A stretch of DNA of 32,000 bases, taken from positions 1 to 32,000 of the forward strand of contig BAAFSQ010000035.1 in the NCBI GenBank assembly GCA_054661495.1, in the 5' to 3' direction. Below the pieces are notes generated by a model. That model ran no database searches and had not been told where the DNA came from. It worked only from the letters and a program-made list of their open reading frames with translations. Source of the DNA: Zygophlyctis sp. KS116. Lineage: Eukaryota > Fungi > Chytridiomycota. How positions within the stretch are numbered: position 1 is the stretch's first letter; every line of letters starts with the position of its first letter. This document shows, piece by piece, positions 21,382-32,000 of this stretch. A program made the translations under genes and the position numbers.

Positions 21382-21715
21382 ATGGCTTTTCATGGATCGC
21401 CCTTTGAAGCAGAAATTGTCAATGAACGGTATGCTCTAAAATCTAACAAGTAGAATCTCTGGAAAGGGAAAATACACATTTTCAGATGGTAAAGTTTATA
21501 TTGGAGACTTCAAGGATGGACAATTTGATGGAATCGGAATGATACAATATCCAAATGGAGATAAATTTGAAGCTGAATGGAAAGATGGAATTGCAATCAA
21601 TGGAAAATTTACATTTAAAGATGGATTAGAATATCAGGAAGATGATTGGGATTATTGTACACCTGCAGATAGAAGATTTTATCATGAAAGAGTTTATGGA
21701 TTTCAAGAAAAATAA
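21382..21715 (+). CDS. MORN5: MORN-repeat protein MORN5-like (ciliary/flagellar)
   Basis: Not in the ORF track. Intron 21429-21453; MORN repeats, then GKFTFKDGLEYQEDDWDYCTPADRRFYHE, the MORN5 signature. Confidence 0.85.
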
Positions 21716-21827
21716 TATTTCTCTTTATATTCTTTTTTTAAAGAGATTTATCAAGAGATCTAGTCAAAAGATCTACAATTGTCGTAAAATATCTAGTTGT
21801 AGGAGAATAGCAAGATTTAGGTCCATT

Positions 21828-22000
21828 ATGTTTAGAAGAATAACAAGTGTACTACATAAAACTCTGCTTGTAGGAATAGCAGGAGCCACTTTACTAGGAA
21901 CAGTTAATATTGTAAATGGGATATTTTATAAAATCTCTCTAGTTCAAGAGAAAAAAAAGTAATTTTTTTAATTCTTTTTAATCATTCTAGTGATGACTAG
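21828..22000 (+). CDS. Small single-TM protein, COX14-like cytochrome c oxidase assembly factor
   Basis: MFRRITSVLHKTLLVGIAGATLLG...; ends at TAA 21960-21962 if unspliced, or via intron 21959-21990 to TAG 21998-22000. Confidence 0.5.
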
Positions 22001-22380
22001 AACTTGCATCTCTTTAAGAAATTTAAAATAAATGAAATTACCCAACATTGTATCCAACAATAGATCTGCGTCCAATCATTTCTCCAACAATAAAAAATCC
22101 AGTGATTTTAGCTCCTTCCAAAACTACTCTTCCGACTTGTCCAACAGTCACTTTTTTCCATGCTCCAGTCTGAGCTGCTGTGAAAAAATGTCCAAAAGAG
22201 GCTTGGGCCTCTGCTAGTCCTGTAGGAGATGGAAAACTAATCTTTTCATGTTTGGCAATTAGACGGAGGGTAGAGCCAGTTACTTTGGAATAGTAGATAA
22301 GAGGCTCAGCTAATTCTAATGATTACTTGATGGTAATTACTAGTAAATCTGCCAACTAATAAAGTCAATTGTGCGGCCAT
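21987..22380 (-). CDS. ATP20: Mitochondrial ATP synthase subunit g
   Basis: Not in the ORF track. Intron 22316-22340; PLIYYSKV and FFIVGEMIGRRSIVGY signature. Ends at TAA 22038-22040 if unspliced, or via intron 22012-22041 to TAG 21987-21989. Confidence 0.88.
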
Positions 22381-22408
22381 TCAAAAATCACGTAAAAATT
22401 TACGAGGT

Positions 22409-25400
22409 TTATTTGACCATTGATTTGATCAGTGCCACAACAGATCCAGACTTGCAAGATAATTCAAGCTCTTTCCACAAACATAAGCATTCTTCTTCTT
22501 CCAATATAGTCAATAGATTTTGAAAAAGTTTAATACTTGCATGTCTAGTCGCTGATCGGTTACTTAATAGTCCTTGGATCAGGAAATTCTTCCATTGGTA
22601 ATGATTTTGTAGTAGTACTGATGCATGACTGTCTATTGATAATAAATCATTTAAAATTGATAAACAGACGCGAAGAGATTTGGGGCAGTTATTCTCAATA
22701 CTAGACAAGAGACATTTTGGAGAAAAATATTGTGGAAAGTTTGATAATATACTGTCCTTGAGATCAAGATCTGGAAGGGATAATAGGGTAGGATTCTAAA
22801 ATTAAAATAGGAAAATTACATCAAGTAAGGTAGATAAGATTTCTGAACAGAATAGATCAACATCATAGGATTCCAATAGAGATTGTAATAAGATAAAACA
22901 TGAATGAAGTTCATCTTCATTACTCTAGTAATTAAAAATAATAGGAATTACACTTAATTTTAAAGTTGAAAGAATATCTGGTAAATTATCCAGAGATACA
23001 GTTGAACAGGACTCTTTACTCCAAGAAGGAATGTACCAGGGCTCCAAAGCCAGAGGAATAGAGGTTTCTTGCTTTGTTGGAGTCAAATCAGAAGGTATAT
23101 GCCATTGGGTTGAAGATTCCGCAGATGGAGCTATTTCTAAAATAGGAGCAACAGTTTCTTTATCAGTGATCTGCTTCTTTGAGTCAATCGGATCGTGTAA
23201 TTCTGTAACTAATTCTGACAAAATAGCATTGATATATTCAAGAATCTTTGAGTCTTCAGGTTCACACGACTCAAGTACAACCCGATCTAAAATGTCATCA
23301 ATGAATTCAGATAATAAATCATCATTCTCCTCTGTGCTTATATAGTCTTGTGATTCCAGAGTTGCATAATTAGATTCTTCAATTTGATTAGATGGCCCGT
23401 TATTGTGTAGATGGTTATTATCACAAATTTTGTCAGGTTCATCATGAAATTCGCTCTTGGATGCATTATTAATCACTTCGTCTTCAATCAACTCCACTTT
23501 TCTTTGATCAGATAATATAATTGAATCTTTTGATCCAGAATGCTCATCAGACGATTCTTCAGACTCATCCTGTAGTGTTTTTTCAGACAAGTCTGCGTCT
23601 CTATCCTCGAAATTTGAATTTTGATCAACTAGTAATTGTGCAGTTTCGATTCTAGTTGCTAAAGGAGTTGCAATTTTAAATGTATTCGCCGTTGATGGTG
23701 GTGCATGCATAACAGGGATTCGGGAATGTGGAGAATCCGTCGTTTTCAAAACCTATGTATTAAAATGCTCAAACGGCTTACAATATTCCTTGTTTCAAGT
23801 ATCTCACCAAGAAGGTTTCTATGCTCCGAAACATTATTTCCAAAAAGCTTGTTTATACGATTTTGATCAGGCACTTTCAAACCATTCCAAATCAACCAAA
23901 AATTATCAGAATGCGATAAATACAATGCTTTAATCAGCTCTTTTATCTGTTTTTTGGAACACTCTTCCAATTCTGGTATCATGATAATAACTCTTAGGAG
24001 CAACATTTTAAAATCTAGTATTAGAATAATGATTGTAAATTTACTGCCGACCTTTGATGTATATGATGAAAGAAAATCTACTCTTACCAAACACAACATT
24101 GATAAAAGACCAATCTTCGCCTTGGGTTTTCGCATCAGACCAGGTTCAATCATCATGTTCAATAATACTGGGATTGCATTTTCCTGCATCAAAGTTGCCA
24201 TTCTTTGTAAAAGAATTTCATACTGCTCAATATTTGATTGTCTTGATTTTAAATTGTAAGAGTTATAAACAGCATGAACTGTTTTAACAAAAAAGGGTTC
24301 GATATGATGATTTAAGTCCACCAAAGACGTAATAACTTCGAAAGCAGAATTCACAACTCTAAAATGTGTATCATCCAAACCCATAAAAATCATTTCAGTG
24401 AATTTTGGAGACACTTTGAAATCTTTACTTTTGATCATATTTAATAGAGATTCAAATGCTTTACATCTAGTCTGCCAATCTGATGACTTTGAACGAGAAC
24501 ATAATGTATTCAAATCCGGTAAATTTTCTGCTTTTGTTGTTTTGACAAATTCAGCAACCACAACTTTTCTCTTGATGACTGGCTTTTTCTCGGGTACTTC
24601 ATACGCTTGTAAAGGTATACTTGAAGTTTCAATATTAGTATTACTAGCCTGTTTAGTCAATACATCAACTGCCGCTAAAGATTGCGAAGGAACACGAAGC
24701 GCCTTGATTATAGGCTTATGATTCATATCATTAGAATTAGTCAGCGCAACAGGCTCTCTCAGCACCCGCATTGCACCCCCTAAAATTGGCTCTTTTGTTT
24801 CAGTCTTTTTAGACACAGTATCCTTGAACCGTTTAGAGAATAAATTAGTAGTCATCCTTGCACTTCCAATTTCCCCTAGAGATGGATTCTTAGCAACAGT
24901 CTTTTCTGATTTTATTATAATATCTGGTGATGATAATGTTTTTATAATATTGGTACTCCTTGAAATACTACTTGGTTTTGACTGAATCTCCTGTTCGGAC
25001 TGATTGCGTTTTGGAGTTTTCCACGACAAAGGTTTCTCTTCAATCTTCAAGTATTTTTTACTTGTTTCAGGAAGTGATGCTAACAATCTTTTTTTAAATT
25101 TCTGTGATAAATATTACCTGTCCGAATTGAATTTTTCTTGGTACGCGCTGTAGCAAAGTCTGGCTGATTCCCTTACTTGCGGTACAGAGTCTAAAATAAA
25201 TACCCCAATTCCAAATTCCAATTTATCCACATAATTTTCCAGCTTTACTTTTAAAGAACATTCAATTGTAACAACTAAACAATCAATCGCTGCAATCCGA
25301 AATGTTTTTGATTGATTCTTATGCGCATCTATAAAATGAGGTATTAGAGCAGGAAACCCGTTTGCATTCTGAATGCAATGTATTAGAGTAGATGATGCAC

Positions 25401-25752
25401 AATTAACGATAACCTTATTTGCTTTACCGCATAATTTCAGCACAGGTATTAATAACGACTCATCAAACCGTTCCTTTAGACAACTGGACAGAGTGTCCAA
25501 GAGACGCAAACAATCTTTGACCAGTTTCGTTCTATCTGAATTTAGACAAGCACTTATTCCAAACTTCCAAGATTGTCGCACTATTGTAACGAAACCAACA
25601 ACTTCCCAAGACCCAAGAGTTATATCGGTCATTCTCAATAATGCATTATCAAACTTGTTCCAGTTCTTCTCAGATTCTGGTTCCTCAAACAATGCATGAA
25701 GCTTTGCAGATTCTGTCTCTAACTGTGCTGAATGCAGAGATATCGGACTCAT
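22409..25752 (-). CDS. CLASP/Stu1-family TOG/HEAT microtubule regulator
   Basis: CLASP_N domain (ESEKNW, NSDRTKLV, LKLCGKANKVI, VRESAR), second HEAT region (SSDWQTR, LDDTHFRV), acidic linker. Introns 25088-25117, 24015-24044, 23753-23781, 22925-22951, 22796-22819. Confidence 0.8.
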
Positions 25753-25805
25753 AAAGTATTAAGGCTCGCGACTTCCGCTCTATATATCTGCCATTTGGGA
25801 AGAAT

Positions 25806-28024
25806 ATGAATATTTTCAATAATGATTCTATAAACCAACTATTGACAGTCAGAGACGAAATGATTGGTCCGGATATCTCTAGAGTACTGATCATTTATAC
25901 TGGTGGTACAATAGGAATGAAGAATACAGAAAATGGATATCAACCAGCTCAGGGATATTTGACTCAAACTTTGGCCTCAATGGTTAGATTTAATGATCCA
26001 AATGGGTTTCAACAGTCTCCAACAATATATGACTGTAATGTTGGTCAACCCTCAGATATGGTATATAGGCCTCTATCAGAGGATTGTAGGAATGAAAAGT
26101 CTTTAGAAACTTATTTCATATCAGGTGTAGAATGTATTAAAATACGTCTAACTGCTCTCATTACGCCACCTTCAATTTACAAAAAGAGGACTAGATACTC
26201 TATTTTAGAGTATGATAAGTTACTCGACTCATCAAATATGAATTTTGAAGACTGGGTTAGAATAGCAACAGATATTCAAGTTAATTATAAGTTATTTGAT
26301 GCATTTATTATACTGCATGGAACAGACACGATGGCGTATACTGCATCTGTTTTATCATTTATGATGGAAAATTTAGGGAAAACTATAATTATTACAGGAT
26401 CACAAATTCCATTATCTGAAGTAAGAAATGATGCTATAGAAAATATACTGGGGTATTTTGGATTTACTAAATCTTAGAGCGTTGGAAATAGCGGCCCATT
26501 TCGTTATTCCAGAAGTCGGACTCTTCTTTGATAACAAATTATTTCGTGGAAACAGAACCTCAAAGGTTAATGCTATTGAATTAGATGCTTTCGAATCTCC
26601 TAATCTAAATCCTTTAATAAAGATGGGGATAAAAATTGAAGTATCATGGGTAGATATTTGGAGACCAACTGAAATAGCTCCATTTAATGTTCAGAAAGTT
26701 TTAAATTCTGCAGTTACTACATTAAGGCTCTTTCCAGGAATTTCTGAATCAACTCTTAGAGCTTTTCTTTCTGTTCCTGAAATTAGTGGGGTAGTGTTGG
26801 AAACGTTTGGATCAGGAAATGCTCCCAATAATCGTCCAGAGCTCTTAAGTGTTCTAAAGAAAGCTTCGGATATGGGGATAGTCATTGTTAATTGCTCGCA
26901 ATGCAAAAGAGGGTTGGTTTCGGACTTGTATGCTACTGGAAGGGCGCTTTCTGAAATTGGGATTGTCCCGGGAAGTGATATGACTTCTGAATGTGCGCTG
27001 ACAAAATTGGCTTACTTGCTTGGGAAATATCCTCAACAGCCCGCAAAGGTGCGACTACTCATGCGCTCTAATTTACGTGGTGAACTAACTATTCCAGAAG
27101 TAAAACAGCAATTTACATATTTTGTCTCCCATGGGCTTGCATCTTCGATCAAGATTCTGATGGGAAAAAACACTTTAAATGAATTAGAAGGAGAAAGTCA
27201 ATCTGCTACTTTGGAAAAATCATTAGTTCCCATGGTAAACTTTTATTCTTGAAACGTAGGTATTATGCCTTGCTGCTAGGACTGGTGATGTGAATGCTAT
27301 CCAATCCACGGCTACGCATTATCCTCATCTCATAAATGCAGTCGATTATGATAAAAGAACTCCATTGCATATTGCCTGCTCAGAGGGGCAGTTACCGTAA
27401 TATTTCTTTTCATAAAATTTAGTGCTGTAAAATGTCTATTGAAATTGGGAGCTAGTATTTTTGCTAGAGACAGATTTGATTGCACTCCTCTAAGAGATGC
27501 AATTAAATTTGGTCATTTTCCGACAGTGAAAATTCTTTTGTCTGCAGGTGCACATATATCAGATTTAGAAGCTGCAGAAGTTACAAATGAAATGATGACA
27601 TATATTGGTTTAGGTGATCTATTTAGAATTCAAATGTTTGTTGAATCAGGTGCCAACGTCAACTTACCATGGGTCGATAGCCGGACGCCTTTGCATTTAG
27701 CGGCAAGTGAAAATCAAATAGAGATTGTAAGATATATTATTGATATAGCGATGAACTGTCATCATCATAATTTTTCTCCTATTAGATCTGGGATCGAATT
27801 TGAGATAGGAAATACTCAAAAAAATATTTGTCCGATTAATTTAGTAAGAGTTATAAATTAAAAAATTAGGAACCTCTAGACAAATATGGAAAGACTCCTC
27901 GCGGTAATATAACCAATATTTTAATTTGTAAGATTATGCAGCAAAAAATTTGGATGCAGGAAAAGAAATTGTCATTCTTTTGGAAAATGCAATTAAAAGA
28001 TTATGCAAAACTTTCAAGGGCTAG
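25806..28024 (+). CDS. ASPG: Type I L-asparaginase / 60-kDa lysophospholipase with C-terminal ankyrin repeats
   Basis: IIYTGGTIGM, LLDSSNM, HGTDTMAY, TGSQIP, RGNRTSK, ETFGSGN; ankyrins DYDKRTPLHIA and RTPLHLAA. Introns 26453-26477, 27235-27259, 27397-27423, 27844-27869, 27904-27932. Confidence 0.93.
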
Positions 28025-28033
28025 CGTTTGTAG

Positions 28034-29329
28034 ATGAAAATACAACTCTACACAGATCAGCTCCAGGAATTGCATTCTCTGGTAAATGCTGCTCAGGATA
28101 GAAAGTTTAATATTCTGATCAAAGGGGAAAAAGGAATCGGGGAATCTCTAAAGTATATTTCTTTGATTAAAAGAGTAGGCAGCATTTAACTTTTGATTTT
28201 GAAGTCTTGAAAATAGAATCAATTTATATTCAAAAGCAAATTTCAGATGATCAAAGACTCAAGCCATGCATTATTTTGGAAAATTTACATTTTTTAACCT
28301 CGGGTAGATAACTTCAACTAAATTTCAACAGGATACAATAATGATCCCATCGCTATTAAAAATATTATTGGCATCATAAAATCTCTCAAAGGATTCATTA
28401 TTGGTACTACGATAGTTGACTTGCCTACAGATCTGATGGAAATGTTTTATTTTAGGGTTGATTTCCCACTCCCATCACCAGCACAAAGATCAGAATTGAT
28501 TCAGATAAATCTCACAGAAATCAACATGCATGTAGATCCAAAAGATATGCAGGATCTTATAGATGTATGACAGGGAAAATTAAATTAAATTAGAAATCAG
28601 ATGGATTATCAACCAGTCAAATCATAGAATCATTTAAAATTTTAAATCAAACCCACTTAAATTGTCAAAAAGAAGATGATTTAGAAAATGATACAAATGG
28701 CAATATTCTTAATTTGAAAATCATATTGGAAGAGTACTACAGACCCCACACCAAAAATTTGGTAAAGCTTCCGAACGTATCTATTCCAAAGGTTGAAAAA
28801 CACATTATCGAGCGGCTGGAAAAATTAATCATAGGCTTTTCAAAGAACTTTAAGAATTTTAACAAAATTGGTGTTAACTTGCCGGGTGGAATATTATTAC
28901 ACGGGCCAGCTGGCGTAGGGAAGACTAGATTAGCTCTACATCTATTGAAGAAATGGAACTTGAATGTATTGAGTGCTAAACCAAGTCAAATATTTTCAAA
29001 ATATTTATCAGAATCTGAAAATAATATTGTTAATCTTTTCAAAAAAGCTTCTGAATGCACTCCATGTGTTATATTTCTTGACGAAATTGATGTATATGGA
29101 TGTAAAAGAGGTATATTTTTAATTTTTTCAGCTATTAGATATTGAAAATAAGGGTTCAAATGTTAATGCTCGTATTTTGTCTACTCTTTTAAATGAAATG
29201 GATGGAATCGGGATTAAAAGGGATATTTTAGTGCTTGGAACTTGCAGTGATATTAAAAGATGCGATGATGCATTACTTAGGCCGGGGAGATTAGATGTTT
29301 TAATTCGAATAGATGAAATAAAGAATTGA
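28034..29329 (+). CDS. Divergent CDC48/AFG2(SPATA5L1)-like AAA+ ATPase, about 394 aa
   Basis: Introns 28153-28178, 28304-28331, 28565-28593, 29111-29138. Degenerate first AAA module (ILIKGEKGIGES); intact second module (GPAGVGKT, IFLDEID, STLLNEMDG, ALLRPGRLD). Confidence 0.75.
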
Positions 29330-29348
29330 GCAACTGCATCACTATTTA

Positions 29349-32000
29349 TTATGCTTTATGCTTTGCTAAAATGGCCATTGCCAGAACTTTGATTTCCGAT
29401 CCTTCGCTTAATTTGACTACACCATCTAAACCGTCAACAGAAATTAAAACTCCTAATTGACCTCTGTACTCTCCTCCTACAATTTTGACAACATCTCTCC
29501 TCTCCGGAGGCACTAATTCCAAGCAGCTACATGAGAGCATTGATGTGTCTCCATTGTATAATTTGACAGTCACTTTTCCGCTAGATTGGTCAATCTCCTT
29601 AATAACACCGTGGATTCCTTCAAGCGATTCATCTCCTACGCTTGAACTAACCTTGATTTCAATATCAGTGGTAATCCAGTCTTGCATAGAACCTAAGACA
29701 TATTAATTTTATAAAAAATACCTGGCACATGAGAGTCATCATTTGGAACAAATGGCGTAGCTGCTGAAATAGGTACAGAAGGCATGTTCGGATAAAAGCT
29801 GGAAGCTGGTGTAGCTTGATTATATGGTGTAGCTGCATCCCATCCATTTGATGATACAGCTGGAGTTGTGGGGTTGAGAGGTGTATCGGCTCTAAATATT
29901 AGTATCGTTGATTTTCAAACATACAGGGCACTATATTGATTAGATGCCATTCCAGTATTATTATCCATGCGTTCGGTAAACGGTGTATTACCCGAACCCC
30001 ATACTGATGTAGCACCTCCACCAGGAGTCTTACTACTGGCATCCCATGCAGGGGTTTTAGCATCTCTGGCCATTGGAGTCTTGGCTCCACCATGCATTGG
30101 AGTAGCAGCTCCCCAGCCAGTTGCCCGATCATTGTCTTGTGTATATCGCTGCGTTCTTTCGCTTTGCTCATCCAAGATTCTGAGCTTGTCCATATCTACA
30201 TTTACAATTTTTGAATTAGCCATTAGTTCAACTCTTGCCAAACTATCGGTAGCATGCTTAACAATTCCTTTATATCCTTTGAAGGGACCTTTAATTATAG
30301 AGACCCTACTGTTCATTCTAACCATTGGGCCACCACGCCCACGATTTCCTCCTGAAGATCGAGCTCCCCGAGAATTGTTATTATAGCCAGAGCTCATTCT
30401 ATCATTGTTATTCTTAACCCCGTGAACAACCACCGACTCCGAGGTTGTTACATAATTTCCTCTATTTTCTGGTATTTCAATAGATCTCAAGAAAACACTT
30501 CGACGAAAGACTGCCATAACTGTCGCTTTTTTCCGATAAACAATTGGAGGGCCATCAATAATCTGTACAATATCATTGATACCAAATAAAATTCCATTCT
30601 TGTCTGTTCCAACAGCTTTCTTAATTTCATTTCTGGGTCGAACTTCCTGGGGTTTAACATTGACTATATTTCCATCCTGAGTAAGAACAGTCAAAGAATC
30701 CTTTTCTACGTTCAGAATCATACCAACTTCGTGGATTCTAATCATAAGTATTATAAAACTATTACGATAGCTGAACAAAATCATCAATGCTATATTGACC
30801 CCCAGACACCTCGCCAGTTGTAATTTCAGTTGCAGCCTTCAAATCTTTGGAAAACACAGATATCTAAAAAGTTAAGACAGAATAACTTACTGGCTTTAAA
30901 TCTGCATCTGAAAGAATACTGGTGACATTATTTTCAATATTAATAACAAGCCCAGTGACCCCCTTGTAGATACCCGAAGCAACCTTAACATGAGCACCCA
31001 CTTCAAACTTCTTTCTTAATTCTATTGCTGGAAACGGAATAGGCTCATTGAATCCAAAAGATGCATCCGGGAGTATTGTTACAACACCATTTTGTACAGA
31101 TTGAACAGTTCCTTTGACGTTTTTCAGTTCTCCTACCAAAACCTCTACATTTTCTCCGATTTGGAAATCTTCAACAGTGGCCGCGGCCACAGCACCAAGC
31201 AAGGCTACATCATCGGTTCCTTCCTCAACTACACCGCCAGAGAATGCAGTGACCTCCTCCAAAGTCGGATTAATATTCTCTGTTTGGAGAGAAATCACCT
31301 TCATTGATTTTTCAAGATATCCTTCTCGAGTATAAAAATCATTCTGATAGTAGAATCCTCCATCACGAGCTTCACATTCTCTATTTGACTCAAAGTCTCT
31401 ATAATTAAATAGTTTTTGAGGAGGCCTTTGTTCAGCCTTTTTCCTTTTGGGACCTCCAAAAGAATCAATTCTAGGCATCAACTTGATTGTCACATTTTCA
31501 GCAGAGTCAATATTTAAGATTTGACCCAAATCTCCTGAATACTTTCCTCTTCGAACTCTAACCCAAGCTCCTAGAACCAGTTCTTTTTCTTTCGACTTGA
31601 TCGTCAAACATTGAGTCATTTCATTCACCGGAACAATTTTGATACTATTTGAATATACATTCATAATTCCCTGAACTGAATCCTTTATCCTATCTAGATT
31701 ATCCCCCTCCACATAAATATAACCCGGTATTCCATTTCTAAAAAATGCCGAGTGAATCTTTAATGCATTTGATCCCGACTCTAAGCTTAAATATTTCTTT
31801 GTTAAATTAAAGATGATATCCTTTTCCTTTCCAGCTTTACACTTGACCATTGCTAATTTTGGATCTCTGACACCTGGAATCAAAACATTTTGAGGAACTG
31901 CTTCCTTATCCCCGCGAAAGACCCCATAATCTGATCTCGAGTATCTCTCTTTCAACTGAGCTGCTAATTCTTCCGCATCCAAATCATCTTCTTTCTGAAA
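29349..32000 (-). CDS. SPT5: Transcription elongation factor Spt5 (5' end outside the window)
   Basis: NGN domain (PGVRDPKL, PGYIYVE), multiple KOW motifs, CTR repeats (GAKTPM, KTPAW), C-terminal KOW pair. Introns 30864-30890, 30738-30765, 29892-29924, 29693-29721. Confidence 0.96.

Noticed and set aside
8509-22380. ATP19, ATP20 and COX14-like as a functional OXPHOS cluster
   Set aside because: ATP19 is 13 kb away with many unrelated genes between; chance is sufficient at this gene density.
30738-30810. Apparent frameshift in SPT5 near the G-run
   Set aside because: A recount shows five Gs (TCT GGG GGT CAA); the frame is intact and intron 30738-30765 explains the ORF switch.
2444-31335. Antisense or alternative-frame ORFs in the track (e.g. 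2620-2952, 7288-7650, 23031-23345, 24398-24721, 25373-25699, 29967-30386)
   Set aside because: They are shadows of well-supported genes and show no recognisable protein features.
563-31982. Many broken ORFs suggesting pseudogenes, frameshifts or a non-standard genetic code
   Set aside because: Every break examined is bridged by a 20-33 nt GT-AG intron under the standard code.

Overview
Eukaryotic, very AT-rich, extremely compact DNA, most likely from a zoosporic (chytrid-type) fungus: fungal markers (ATP19, ATP20, HbrB/Bit61) sit beside flagellar genes (WDR34, MORN5) and a Syp7-like SNARE. Splicing by hand gives about 28 protein-coding genes in 32 kb, several of them fragmented or missed by the ORF track (BORCS8-like, WDR34, MORN5, COX14-like, ATP20). 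About 60 GT-AG introns can be placed, all 20-33 nt, plus two microexons (6 and 7 nt). Same-strand genes abut with 4-41 nt spacers or a bacterial-style ATGA stop/start overlap, convergent genes overlap in their coding ends, and AATAAA is often fused with the stop codon. The most interesting items are this miniaturised gene-expression architecture, a secreted LPMO-like protein lacking the copper histidine brace, a reduced CDC48/AFG2-type AAA+ ATPase, and two structured intergenic islands that share motifs. No rRNA, tRNA, CRISPR array or transposon was recognised. All gene models are manual predictions and product calls come from remembered family motifs, not database searches.
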